Positions 32,753-43,067 of a stretch of 64,000 nt of DNA are shown in pieces. The stretch's first letter is position 1. Each line of letters opens with the position of its first letter. The DNA is from Candidatus Dojkabacteria bacterium (lineage in GTDB: Bacteria > Patescibacteriota > Dojkabacteria > SC72). The notes below the pieces were generated by a model. It was not told the origin of the DNA. It worked only from the letters and a program-made list of their open reading frames with translations, and ran no database searches. The translations under genes and the position numbers were made by a program. The stretch is from NCBI GenBank assembly GCA_018056375.1, contig JAGPFQ010000002.1, positions 11,344-75,343 of the forward strand, written 5' to 3'.

Positions 32753-32829
32753 GGGCGCATAGCTCAGCTGGCTAGAGCGCAGTCCTGATAAGACTGAGGT
32801 CCCAAGTTCGATTCTTGGTGCGCCCACCA
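32753..32829 (+). tRNA. tRNA-Ile (anticodon GAT), 3' CCA encoded
   Basis: gggcgca...ctGATaa...tgcgcccaCCA has a 7-bp acceptor stem and a T-arm aagttcgattctt. Confidence 0.9.
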
Positions 32830-32840
32830 GAATGGATGCT

Positions 32841-32914
32841 GGGCCTGTAGTTCAGTTGGCTAGAACGCTTCATTTGCAATGAAGAGGTCAGGAGTTCGAC
32901 TCTCCTCAGGTCCA
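32841..32914 (+). tRNA. tRNA-Ala (anticodon TGC) with the G3:U70 identity pair, CCA not encoded
   Basis: gggcctg...tTGCaa...caggtcca is the sequence. The G3:T70 wobble pair sits in the acceptor stem. Confidence 0.9.
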
Positions 32915-33662
32915 TATATTATCAGAAAAAGAAGAGAGATCTTTAATTTCTGGGTCAGGATATCTGTATATATTTTTACTGTTGAGGTAGGTCGTAATGT
33001 TTTACAGTGAAGATTACAGAATCCGTAGTTGCACATTTAAAACTGAATAGAAAGTAATTTCAATTAAGCAAATTAAGGGCGTATGGTGAATGCCTTGGCA
33101 CAAAAGATCGATGAAGGACGTAGTAGATTGCGATAAGCTTCGGGTAGCTGTCAAACGAGCTTTGATCCGAAGATCTCCGAATGGAGTAATCCAACTGGGA
33201 TTATGCCCAGTTATCATGCAGTGAATTCATAGCTGTATAGAAGAGCACGCAGGGAAGTGAAACCTCTCAGTACCTGCAGGAAAAGAGAACAAGAGTTTAT
33301 TCCCCTAGTAGTGGCGAGCGAAAAGGGAAGAGCCTAAACCTATACTGTGTAAGAGGAATACGAAGCCTGATTCGCGTTGCGATGATGGCGGACTTGAACT
33401 CGCAGGTTGCTACTCGTGCAGTATGGGTGTTGTAAGAGTTAATGGAAGTGGTAGCAAACACTTCGAGGAGTTACAAAATTCCATTTTAGTAGAATATATC
33501 TGGAAAGATATGCCATAGAGAGTGATAGCCTCGTATACGAAAATGTGGAATCTCCTTTTTAATTTCTTAAGTACCACGGAACACGTGAGATTTTGTGGGA
33601 ATCAGCCGATACCACTCGGCAAGGCTAAATATCTTTTGTGACCGATAGTGAATTAGTATAGA

Positions 33663-33706
<44 letters not shown>

Positions 33707-35211
33707 ACTGAAACCATATGCTTACAAACAGTCGTAGCTGGTATATCCAGTGGCGGCGTGCCTATTGAAGAATGACCCAGTGAGTTCGTTGTGTGTGGCA
33801 AGGTTAACCATGTTTATTGGGGAGCCGAAGCGAAAGCGAGTCCGAATAGGGCACCTTGAGTCACATGCACGAGACCCGAAACCAGGTGATCCAGCCATGA
33901 GCAGAGTGAAGTTCTGAGAAATCAGGATGGAGGCTCGAACTCGTTAATGTTACAAAATTATGAGATGACTTGTGGCTAGCGGTAACATGCCAAACGAACC
34001 TGGTAATAGCTGGTTCTCCCCGAAATAGCTTTAGGGCTAGCGTTGTGATTTAAGATGTGGGGGTAGAGCACTGATTGAATTTGGGACCCGAAAGGGTACC
34101 CACTTCAGTCAAACTCCGAATACCATATTGAACATCACAGCAGTTAGAGCTAGGGATCTAAGTTCCTATGCTCGAGAGGGAAACAGCCCAGATCGTCAGA
34201 TAAGGACCCTAAATTTTACCTTAGTGGGAAAGGAAGTGAAATTTCTCAGACAGTTAGGAGGTTGGCTTAGAGGCAGCCATCCTTTAAAAAATGCGTAAAA
34301 GCTTACTAATCAAGAGATTTTGCACTTAAAATTAACGGGGCTGAAGGTAAATTCCGAAGCTGCGAATTTATACATACTTCGGTATGTATGGGTGGTAGGG
34401 GAGCGTTCTATACATGACCGACTTAGCAGTCGGTAATTAGCTGCGAAGGTGGCCCGTAAGGAGTTGCTGGAGCGTATAGAAGTGAGAATGCTGGGATGAG
34501 TAACGTAAAGCAGGTGAAAACCCTGCTCGCTGAATGTCTAAGGTTTCCATGGCTATGTCAGTCAACCATGGGTTAGTCGGTCCTAAGGAGAGGCTGAAAA
34601 GCGTATCCGATGGATAACAGGTTAATATTCCTGTACTACTGATATTTGAAATGGAGTATGAGGATTGAAGATGCAGGCCCCTTATTGGTTTGGGGTGTAA
34701 GCAACAAGAGAGCTCTTCTAGGAAAATCCGGAAGAGTGTTTCCACCTCGGTGGATGAACGCGAGTTGTGATACAAAGGTGACCTTCGGGAAGCCGATTTG
34801 TAGTACTTAATTCTCCAGGAAAAACTTCTATCTTTAACTACTTCGGTAGTTAATAAAGTATTAGTAACCGTACTGCAATCCGACACCGGTAGACTGGTGT
34901 AAAAGCACCAAGGCGTACGAGTTATGCGTTGTTAAGGAATTCGGCAAATTGACCCCGTAAGTTCGCAAGAAGGGGGACTCTACATCATAAGTTTTTTATT
35001 TGTGGTGATTAGAGTGGCACAGAATAGGGAAGAACGACTAGTTACCAAAACTACAGGCGCTTGCAAACTCGTAAGAGGATGTATAAGTGCTGACACCTGC
35101 CCAATGCCAGAAGGTTAAGATAATTTGTTAGCTCTCTGCTGGGTGCACTTCGGTGCCCTAGTGGTTGCGAAGCAAAGAGTCGAAGCCCTGGTCAATGGCG
35201 GCTGTAACTAT

Positions 35212-35982
35212 TAGACCTGGTGGGGTAGCAATACCCTGCCAGGAATTGTAGTTGTAAAATTTGGCTATATGCTGGAACGTCTGAGTATTTCTTGCTACTC
35301 ATTAGATGATATTCAAATTGTAAGAAATTTGTAATCTCTAGTAGTTAAAATGTAAGAATGCAGATAATCAGCAGGAAAGATTTGTAATGTCAGATCCTAT
35401 TTTTACAGAACAATTGAAATGGTTTCTCTCTGGATTTATCGATGGAGAGGGAAGCTTTTGTCTTAATATTAAGAGTAGAAAGGACTCTAGGTATGGTTTG
35501 AGAATAGAGCCAGCTTTTTATGTTTATCAACATGAAAAAAGTGTCCATATACTTGAATTGTTAAGAAAGATGTTTGGATGTGGAAGTATCCATAGAAAAA
35601 CATCACCGTATAGCGTTTTTACGTATCAGATTTCTGGTATAAAACCTTGCTATACCAAAGTTATTCCTTTCTTTGAGAAGTATCCGTTAATCGTAAAGTC
35701 TCAGACTTTTGAAATTTTCAAAAGAGCTGTTGATTTTATGTATAAAAAGCGACATCTAACTAAGGAAGGTTTTCTTTACTTAGTGGATTTAGCATATGAG
35801 ATAAACCAACAAGGGAAAGGTAAAAAATGGGATAAAGAGACAATAATTACAAAAATCCTCAGAGACTATACGCCAAACTCCTGATAGGGAGATGAGATAG
35901 TCCGACCTGTATGGCGACATACAGATGTATATAGAAATATATACACGAATCTAACAAACGTTGTTAGAGGGTAACACAAGTG
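35212..35982 (+). mobile_element. Group I intron at the 23S position equivalent to E. coli L1917. It carries a LAGLIDADG homing endonuclease ORF
   Basis: The upstream exon ends in U (gtaactaT). The intron ends in G (caagtG). A P7-like element gagatagtccgacc at about 35893 resembles the group I S element AAGATATAGTCC. The ORF lies upstream of P7. Confidence 0.6.
35387..35884 (+). CDS. LAGLIDADG-family homing endonuclease (single-motif type) encoded within the 23S group I intron
   Basis: LSGFIDGEGSF is a LAGLIDADG motif. The ORF is embedded in an rRNA intron. Confidence 0.85.
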   Translation: MSDPIFTEQLKWFLSGFIDGEGSFCLNIKSRKDSRYGLRIEPAFYVYQHEKSVHILELLRKMFGCGSIHRKTSPYSVFTYQISGIKPCYTKVIPFFEKYPLIVKSQTFEIFKRAVDFMYKKRHLTKEGFLYLVDLAYEINQQGKGKKWDKETIITKILRDYTPNS

Positions 35983-35988
35983 AACGGT

Positions 35989-36304
35989 GGTAGATATATA
36001 TCTACTGAGATATTTGCTAATCTCGGTTTGCTATCTAAAGATATAGGGCCGTTTTAAAATCTAGCTATATGCTGGAACATCCTAAACGATACAAGTACCA
36101 AAGAGTAACAATCTTGTATTTATGGACAATCAGCAGGAAAGATCCAAGAAATTGGAAATCCTCAGAGGCTACATGCTAGACACAATATAATATTGTGAAG
36201 ATATAGTCCGACCTCTACAGTGATGTAGAGAGATACACGAAGGTGTATCCGCCTAAAAATAGGTCTTCTAGTTTAATGAACACTAGATGGAAGTAACAGA
36301 AATG
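35989..36304 (+). mobile_element. Second, ORF-less group I intron at the position equivalent to L1923. A 6-nt exon (aacggt, 35983-35988) separates it from the first intron
   Basis: The S-element gaagatatagtccgacc lies at about 36203. The intron ends in G (gaaatG). It shares the elements gctatatgctggaac and aatcagcaggaaagat with intron 1. Confidence 0.5.
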
Positions 36305-36873
36305 CCTAAGGTAGCGTAATACCTTGTCACTTAATTAGTGACTTGCATGAAAGGTGTAACGATTTTTCCTCTGTCTCGACAACGTGCTCGGTGAAATTGA
36401 AATGGCTGTGAAGATGCGGCCTACCTATACCAGGACAAAAAGACCCCGTGGAGCTTTACTTCAGCTTTGCATTGAGATAAGGTCTCGGATGTATAGAATA
36501 TGTGGGAGACTATGAAGCAGTTTCGTCAGGAATTGCGGAGTCGACAGTGTAATACCACTCTTTTGATATTTTATTTCTAACAGTATCCATTATCTGGATT
36601 CTAGACAGTGCATGGTGGGAAGTTTGACTGGGGCGGTTGCTTGCTAAAGAGTACCGCAAGCGCACTAAGGTCTCCTCAACCCGGATGGAAATCGGGTGAA
36701 GAGTGCATAAGCATAAGGAGGCTTTACTGTGAGAGGGACACCTCGATCAGTTACGAAAGTAGGTTTAAGTGACCCTTTGGTTGCGCGTGGAAGCGCCATT
36801 GTTTAACGGAGATAAGCTACCCCGGGGATAACAGGCTAGTCTTGCCCGATAGTTCATATTGACGGCAAGGTTC

Positions 36874-36905
<32 letters not shown>

Positions 36906-36938
36906 ATTGGATAAGATCCCAAGGGTTGGACTGTTCGT

Positions 36939-36969
<31 letters not shown>

Positions 36970-37404
36970 CCGGCGTAAGCCAGGTCGGTCTCTATCCGGT
37001 ATAGGCGTTGTATATTTGAGAGAATCGTCCCCTAGTACGAAAGGATCGGGGAGTGGTAACCTCTGGTCTACCAGCTGTTCTACCAAGAGCATGGCTGGGT
37101 AGCTAAGTTATTATCGGATAAGCACTGAAAGCATATAAGTGCGAAGCCAATCTCAAGATTAAATATACTTGTGTAGCTTGACTACATGGGAGGTCTGTGG
37201 AAGACTACCACATTGATAGGCTCTAAGTGTGAGTATAGTGATATACTTAGCTGAGGAGTACTAATTGACCAAAAGCTTCTTTGATTATCCATTACTTTCT
37301 GTTCGGTTTTGAGTGTACAATGTACACCAATCGCTCTTTAGAATTAAGTCCTGAACTTTTCGTAAGAAGAGGTCAGGCAAGAGGTATTTAAATATAGATT
37401 CCTT

Positions 37405-37523
37405 TTGCCTGGCGATTGTAGTGGAGTGGAACTACCTGACTCCATCCCGAACTCAGAAGTAAAACACTCTAACGCCGAAAATACTTAAACCGCGAGGTTT
37501 TGGAAAGATAGGTTATTGCCAGG
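37405..37523 (+). rRNA. rrf: 5S ribosomal RNA
   Basis: ttgcctggcg...cctgactccatcccgaactcagaag...ttgccaggac matches the 5S consensus architecture. Confidence 0.8.
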
Positions 37524-37537
37524 ACTTTTTGAATATG

Positions 37538-37563
37538 CAAACCCACTAGAAATAGTGGGTTTT
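37538..37563. terminator. Rho-independent terminator closing the rRNA operon (aaacccacta-gaaa-tagtgggttt plus ttttg). It is also positioned to terminate the convergent helicase gene
   Basis: A perfect 10-bp stem is followed by a T-run. Confidence 0.6.
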
Positions 37564-37566
37564 TGT

Positions 37567-39537
37567 TTAAAGAAAAAACCATTCAGGTTTGACAGCTGTA
37601 GCTAATGTGATGAGTGGTAATTCACCTCCTTTCTTTGTTGGGACTGTAATTAGTTCATTTGCGACTAACAGGTCTCCTAAAACTCTGGACTCTCTTCCAA
37701 GTAGGGCATTTTCTTGTGTAGCAATATTACGATACCAACCACGTCCAAGAGTGAAGAAAATTTTGTCAGGAAATCCTCTAGAGATTGCCTTACACAATAT
37801 CTCTGTTTCTGCTTTTGTTTTGTTTGGTCTATATCCCAATCTCTTTATCTGTGAAATGAGCTGTGAATAATTTTGTCTTATCTCTCTTAATGCATTGTAT
37901 GATACATAATTTTCTCTACACCATCTGTAGTTAAAATTATTCTTCTCGGCTGCTTCATACACACTTAATAGGTTTAATAAGTCTGATGAGTTTGATTGTC
38001 CTAAGCTTTTGTGAGCAGCATCTGCTATTTCTACTTCATCCTTTGGTTTGTACAAGAGAGGTCTGCTTGTTCTGATTGCCGCAATAATAGCCATTTCTGT
38101 ACTACACCCCATTTCACAACCAGCTAGAATCATTGTCCCTTCTCTTGGGTCACAAGAAAGTTCTGCTAATTGTTGTCCAAACTCCGAAAGTCTTCTTTCA
38201 TCATTATGATCTAGAGCACCTAGTAAGCGTAATTGATTCTTAGCAGCTTTCCAATTCCCTTTCTCTGGGGAATCGATGAGTCGTATAGGATCTTCTTCTC
38301 TTGAATAACCCATTGCCTTAATCTGTAAGACAACCTCTCTTAAGGATGTTCTGAGAATCTCAGGTTTAGTTGAATTGGGACGGTTATCATAATCATCTTT
38401 TGTAATTAGGTAATAACATTCTCCCGGCTGTGTTCTTCCTGCACGCCCTTTTCTTTGACGTAAAGAATCTTTAGCTGTATGTGTTGTCGCTAATTTCGTT
38501 GTGTCAGCATTGGGGTCATACTCGATAGATTTTGCTAAACCAGAGTCAATAACATATTTAACACCATCTATTGTCAGTCCTCTTTCTGCCACATTTGTTG
38601 ATACAATAATCTTTCTGCTGTTGGGTGATTTCTGAAAAACCTTTTGTCGTTCTTCAGACTGTAACTGGCTGTGTAAGGGGAGTATTGTTGCCCCTAAAAT
38701 CCCCTGTTTTTGCATCTCCTCAATAGTTTGCCTAATTTCATTCTTACCTGGCATGAAAATCAGTATGTCTCCCTCAGGTGTATTTTGATGAATAGAAGAA
38801 GCTACTTTTGCAGCTTCCCTTGGCATTTGGCTTTGTGGTATGCGCACATCGGAGAAATGTTCTTGCACAGGATAGGGACGTCCTTTTGCTTCTATAATTG
38901 GTGCACCACCAAAGTGTTCTGAAAACTTTTGTGCATTAAGAGTTGCAGACATTAAAAGGAATTTGACTTTAGAATCTTGCTCTTGGGCTTTTTCCACAAG
39001 TGCCAATCCGATATCTGAAAGTAGATATCTTTCATCAAATTCGTCAAATATGACAACAGATGTGTCTTGAAGTTTAGGGTCAGATCTAATAATGTTTTTA
39101 AATACACCACTTGTCATAAAGACAATTTCCGAGTCTAGGGAAGATTTCTTTTCTGGACCTGTGATATATCCGACAGTTGTTCCTACCTCTGTTCCCATTT
39201 CTTGGGCTACTCTTTTTGCTGTTTCGACCGTTACTGCCACACGGTTCTCTACTACATAAATCTTCTTATTGTCTTGGGTAAAACCTGCTTGCCATAAGGC
39301 TTGTGGTACTTGTGTGGTTTTACCACTTCCTGTTTCAGAAACCAAAATTAGTTTATTATCATTCTTTAGAGTTTCCACAATTTCTGGCATTCTCTCCCAT
39401 ATTGGAAGAGAATGGTTTCCAATAGGTTCTGTGTCTTGTGGTAAAATTTCTATATCATTTTGTGACACATCTTCTGACACACTTGGCATATCAGGGGATG
39501 ATGTTGTAATTTCGTTTGTTGGTATGTCTTCTGGCAT
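37567..39537 (-). CDS. DEAH-box ATP-dependent RNA helicase, HrpA/HrpB-like (short form)
   Basis: Motif I is LVSETGSGKTTQVPQ. Motif II is IFDEFDER (DEFD variant of DEAH). Motif III is SATL. Motif VI is TNVAERGLTIDGVKYVIDSG. The C-terminal region is HA2-like. Confidence 0.8.
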   Translation of the reverse strand: MPEDIPTNEITTSSPDMPSVSEDVSQNDIEILPQDTEPIGNHSLPIWERMPEIVETLKNDNKLILVSETGSGKTTQVPQALWQAGFTQDNKKIYVVENRVAVTVETAKRVAQEMGTEVGTTVGYITGPEKKSSLDSEIVFMTSGVFKNIIRSDPKLQDTSVVIFDEFDERYLLSDIGLALVEKAQEQDSKVKFLLMSATLNAQKFSEHFGGAPIIEAKGRPYPVQEHFSDVRIPQSQMPREAAKVASSIHQNTPEGDILIFMPGKNEIRQTIEEMQKQGILGATILPLHSQLQSEERQKVFQKSPNSRKIIVSTNVAERGLTIDGVKYVIDSGLAKSIEYDPNADTTKLATTHTAKDSLRQRKGRAGRTQPGECYYLITKDDYDNRPNSTKPEILRTSLREVVLQIKAMGYSREEDPIRLIDSPEKGNWKAAKNQLRLLGALDHNDERRLSEFGQQLAELSCDPREGTMILAGCEMGCSTEMAIIAAIRTSRPLLYKPKDEVEIADAAHKSLGQSNSSDLLNLLSVYEAAEKNNFNYRWCRENYVSYNALREIRQNYSQLISQIKRLGYRPNKTKAETEILCKAISRGFPDKIFFTLGRGWYRNIATQENALLGRESRVLGDLLVANELITVPTKKGGELPLITLATAVKPEWFFL

Positions 39538-39847
39538 TTTTTATATTAGCAGTTTTATATATAATTACATTGTACTTTATCTTTTTTACTTTTTCTACCT
39601 TTAGGGTAGATACACCATTGCATATTGTCCTATAGTATGATATAATATAAGTAGATATCTAATATCTTAGTATGTTAGATATTACTGCTCATTAACAACA
39701 AAGGATTATATATCTCCATATATATCTGTTTTACATTTCAATATGCTGTATTTTGTTCTAAATATTGTATTTAGAATAGTATTCAGCATATGCTGGGATT
39801 AAAACAAATAAATAATAATTCCCTAGTAGGGGAGAAGGAGATTAAAA

Positions 39848-40333
39848 ATGGCTGACACCAATAACTTAAATGACTTCCTTAATTATAAGGAAGTGAAAAG
39901 CGCAAATGGATTGCAGGAGATGCTGGCAATCCACTCTGACCTCTGGGAGCTCAGAGATCAATTTCGTTCTGCTCAAGGAGTAGAACGAGTAAAATGTGCT
40001 GTGAAAATAGCACATAAGCTGCACCAAGGAGAGTACACCTATAAAGTGTACAAAGATGTATTTCCCTACACGAGTGTAGGACTCAATACTTATTACTCAA
40101 TTTGTCAATTCAGCTCTTTGGAGCTAATTGTTACTGCAATTGAAGAAGGTATTCAGTACTTGGTAATTTATGCCAAGAGAGAAAGCTTCTTTGAAGAAGC
40201 TGAGTACGAGGAGTATATAAAACTATCCCGTGTATATTGGGATACTGCAAGTCCGTATTATGTCGAATCCTCTTCTTGCATAACTCCTCTTTCAGAGGAA
40301 GAAATGGAGGAATTGCTCCTCTCTATCGAATAA
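39848..40333 (+). CDS. Hypothetical protein (161 aa)
   Basis: It is a clean ORF followed by a strong terminator. No domain was recognised. Confidence 0.4.
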   Translation: MADTNNLNDFLNYKEVKSANGLQEMLAIHSDLWELRDQFRSAQGVERVKCAVKIAHKLHQGEYTYKVYKDVFPYTSVGLNTYYSICQFSSLELIVTAIEEGIQYLVIYAKRESFFEEAEYEEYIKLSRVYWDTASPYYVESSSCITPLSEEEMEELLLSIE

Positions 40334-40350
40334 TAATCCTTTAGTTGTAA

Positions 40351-40398
40351 AGGGACCCCTGTATTGATATACAGTATAAAGGGTCCCTCTTTCTTTTT
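40351..40398 (+). terminator. Rho-independent terminator with a nested hairpin (agggaccc ... gggtccct, inner ctgtat/atacag) followed by ctttcttttt
   Basis: An 8-bp GC-rich stem, a T-rich tail and the inner palindrome were read directly from the sequence. Confidence 0.55.
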
Positions 40399-40467
40399 AA
40401 AAGAGAATCTTTTGACTTTCTTAATACAAAAATATACACTAAAAGTAGTAAATTAAGAAATAATTGT

Positions 40468-41781
40468 ATGGATGATGATTCTATAACATATCCAAATCTT
40501 ACTGATAATTCCACAATAGATGATTCTGTTCAATCATCACAAGAGGAAATGTCTACAAAGGTTGAGAAAAAGGAAATAGGGAATAGTCTCAAAGTTATTA
40601 TTGCAGGTCCACCTCATTCGGGTAAATCAATAGCAGAGAACTATTTAAGAGGTCTTTTACCAGTAGAAGACACCATGAGGATAGCCGCACAACCTGATGG
40701 TGAAGGAGATTGGACACAAAAGCTTTATGAACAAAATCCTGAATTAGCAAGAGAGCTTCGAGCGAAAGGTTCTTTTACAAGAGAGAATGTTGATAAATGG
40801 AAATCTCAAATTCGAAATACAGACAGTAGATTTGCATTAATAGATGTTGGAGGGGTTGTAAGCCCTGAAAATGAAGAAATATGTAATGAAGCGAATGCAA
40901 TGATAATAGTTTCCTCTGATGAAACTAAAAATGCTGAATGGGTAGATTTAGCAAATAGGACAGGTTTAAATATTCTTGCTGTATTACACTCAACCTTGGA
41001 ACCAAGACAAGAGTGGTTTGTTAAAACACCAAATAAAGAGTGGGAAAATGAGGGGCTAGTTGTAGGTTTGGATAGGGGGAAGTTTAAAGAATCACAAACA
41101 TTACGAAGTCTTGCATCATATATGTTGGAAAAGGTTCCTGAGAGAGTGGAACAAGAGAGTATGGAATATGAGAGGATAGGTGTTGAAGATATTGCGGAAA
41201 TGATAGGGAAGAAGGAAGAAGAAATTATTCTACCAGGTAGAGAACCTATTAAAGGTTTGAACTGGAAACCAGAAGAATTAAAGGAAGTATATATCAGATT
41301 ACAAGGTTTGTCAGAAAAAGGAGGAAGTTTCTTGGTAGATGGGAGAGCACCACAGTGGTTAGTAGTAAATATTGTACATGCTATGCATCCCAACAGGGTT
41401 GCTTTAGCGGATAGTAAGGTTGAAGGTGGGGCTGTTGGAATTTCAGGCTTGAATACCCCAGATGGCGAAGGTAGTGGTCCTCTACCGTTTCAGAAAACAG
41501 AAGGTTTTCATGGTGGTACATTGGTTCAGTATGCCAAAGGTGAGTTTATAATTGTTGATAACCAAAGGATGAATGAAGTGATTCCTCCTGCTGTAGCTGA
41601 AGGGAAACCTGTCTTCTTGAGTGGTAAAACTGCAAACTGGGCTGTGGCCGAGATAGCAATGTCCTATGCTCATATTGTTCCAGCAGTTTATCTATATCAA
41701 CCAGGAGTAGGTTTTGTTTGTGCAATTACACATAGTACAGAGCATGAATTAGGATCTGTTATAAAAGAGAATCCTGTGTAA
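40468..41781 (+). CDS. P-loop NTPase of unknown family (Walker A GPPHSGKS, Walker B-like FALIDVGG) fused to an unrecognised C-terminal domain of about 250 aa. The compositionally G-richer gene has a possible Clp1/polynucleotide-kinase-like P-loop
   Basis: KVIIAGPPHSGKSIAENYL resembles the GPxxxGKS-type P-loops of Clp1/Grc3 and nucleotide kinases. The remainder (…VDGRAPQWLVVNIVHAMHPNR…FQKTEGFHGGTLVQYAKGEF…) matches nothing I can name. Confidence 0.45.
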   Translation: MDDDSITYPNLTDNSTIDDSVQSSQEEMSTKVEKKEIGNSLKVIIAGPPHSGKSIAENYLRGLLPVEDTMRIAAQPDGEGDWTQKLYEQNPELARELRAKGSFTRENVDKWKSQIRNTDSRFALIDVGGVVSPENEEICNEANAMIIVSSDETKNAEWVDLANRTGLNILAVLHSTLEPRQEWFVKTPNKEWENEGLVVGLDRGKFKESQTLRSLASYMLEKVPERVEQESMEYERIGVEDIAEMIGKKEEEIILPGREPIKGLNWKPEELKEVYIRLQGLSEKGGSFLVDGRAPQWLVVNIVHAMHPNRVALADSKVEGGAVGISGLNTPDGEGSGPLPFQKTEGFHGGTLVQYAKGEFIIVDNQRMNEVIPPAVAEGKPVFLSGKTANWAVAEIAMSYAHIVPAVYLYQPGVGFVCAITHSTEHELGSVIKENPV

Positions 41782-41975
41782 ACCTACCAAGGTCTGGCTT
41801 AGGTCAGACCTGCTACTAGTGATTGGCTTTTGCCTTTCTATTGCGGTTTCCTAGCCCTCGGCATGTTGCAAAAGCAGCGAATTGGATTATGGTAAAAACT
41901 GTGTTTGTGGGGTCGAACATATGGGTTTGATCGCTAGGATGAGGAAAAAACATGAGGAACAAGGTTAGACCTAGG

Positions 41976-42713
41976 TCAGACCTTATGCATAAGCTCTAGC
42001 GTTTCCTCTGGGTTTTTGACAATGTTAATATGTATATCCTTAAGAGATAGGAGTGGGTAATCATTGCCGTATACTTCAAACTCATCTCCTGTGAAGACCA
42101 CATCCTTTAGAGGGACATCTAACATCTTTGCTAGTCTGACCGTATTATCTGCCTTGTTACCTCCCTTGGCTATAACATCAACGGAGGCTCTTCCTGCTAC
42201 AAATGTTTCAAACCTTCCCTGTAACATCTCATCAAGTCCTTTCTTTATCGCTAACCTTTTAGTCCCCTTAGGGTTCCACACCTCTTTTTCTTCATCTGAA
42301 ACATCATCTCCTAAGCAATCTATTACAATATACCCTTCTTTTTCCTTAACCTCTCCTCTTCCTGTTCCCTCAAGAGCTCTTAGAGCTTCGCAAACGATCT
42401 GCTTGTCTCCCTGTGTCATTACTTCTGCTTCATAGACCAAATTGAGCCTTTCAGCACTCCAATTGTAAATCTTGTTTCCATATGAAGGACAGATGAAGAG
42501 GTTCTTGAGATTGTCTCTGTTTAAGATAGAAATTTTATCAACGAAAAGTCTCTTTAGTGGCTCAAAGGTCCTCCCACTCATTACTGCGACATAATTCTTT
42601 TCAAGGAGTCTTGTGATTTCATAGAGGACTTCGTCTGATGGAACAGATACAGGTTTGGCTAGGGTGTTGTCGTAGTCAAAGATTAATAATTTTTTCATAA
42701 TCAAGTATATCAA
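41976..42713 (-). CDS. HAD-IIB (Cof-type) phosphatase
   Basis: Motif I is FDYDNTL and motif IV is GDEFEVYGNDYPL. A cap domain is inserted between motifs I and II. Confidence 0.7.
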   Translation of the reverse strand: MIYLIMKKLLIFDYDNTLAKPVSVPSDEVLYEITRLLEKNYVAVMSGRTFEPLKRLFVDKISILNRDNLKNLFICPSYGNKIYNWSAERLNLVYEAEVMTQGDKQIVCEALRALEGTGRGEVKEKEGYIVIDCLGDDVSDEEKEVWNPKGTKRLAIKKGLDEMLQGRFETFVAGRASVDVIAKGGNKADNTVRLAKMLDVPLKDVVFTGDEFEVYGNDYPLLSLKDIHINIVKNPEETLELMHKV

Positions 42714-43067
42714 AGAAAGAAGTGTAATGGGTAAAACCTAGAGAAAAAGTTCTAGGGTTTAAGATTGGGGTGTGGTAGTAGAGTGAATAATTTGTTTGAT
42801 GTTTTTCAGGTGTTACAAAACATTCCTTTGTCTGGTTGTGTAAAAGGTGGGTTGTTTTCTAAAATGTAACATTAGGTGTTTAGGTTGTTGAAAATGAGTG
42901 TTCTGTGATGTGGGAATATTTTTGGATGTCCATCAAGTGACAGGGATTGGAGTGAGTAGGGTGTTTGCAGAGTACTTTAGTTCTGGTGTAAAATATTTGA
43001 ACAAAAATAGGGGTGGGTGGGAGTGTGGTATAATAAAAATACATAAATTTACATTTTTCTCTTAAAA

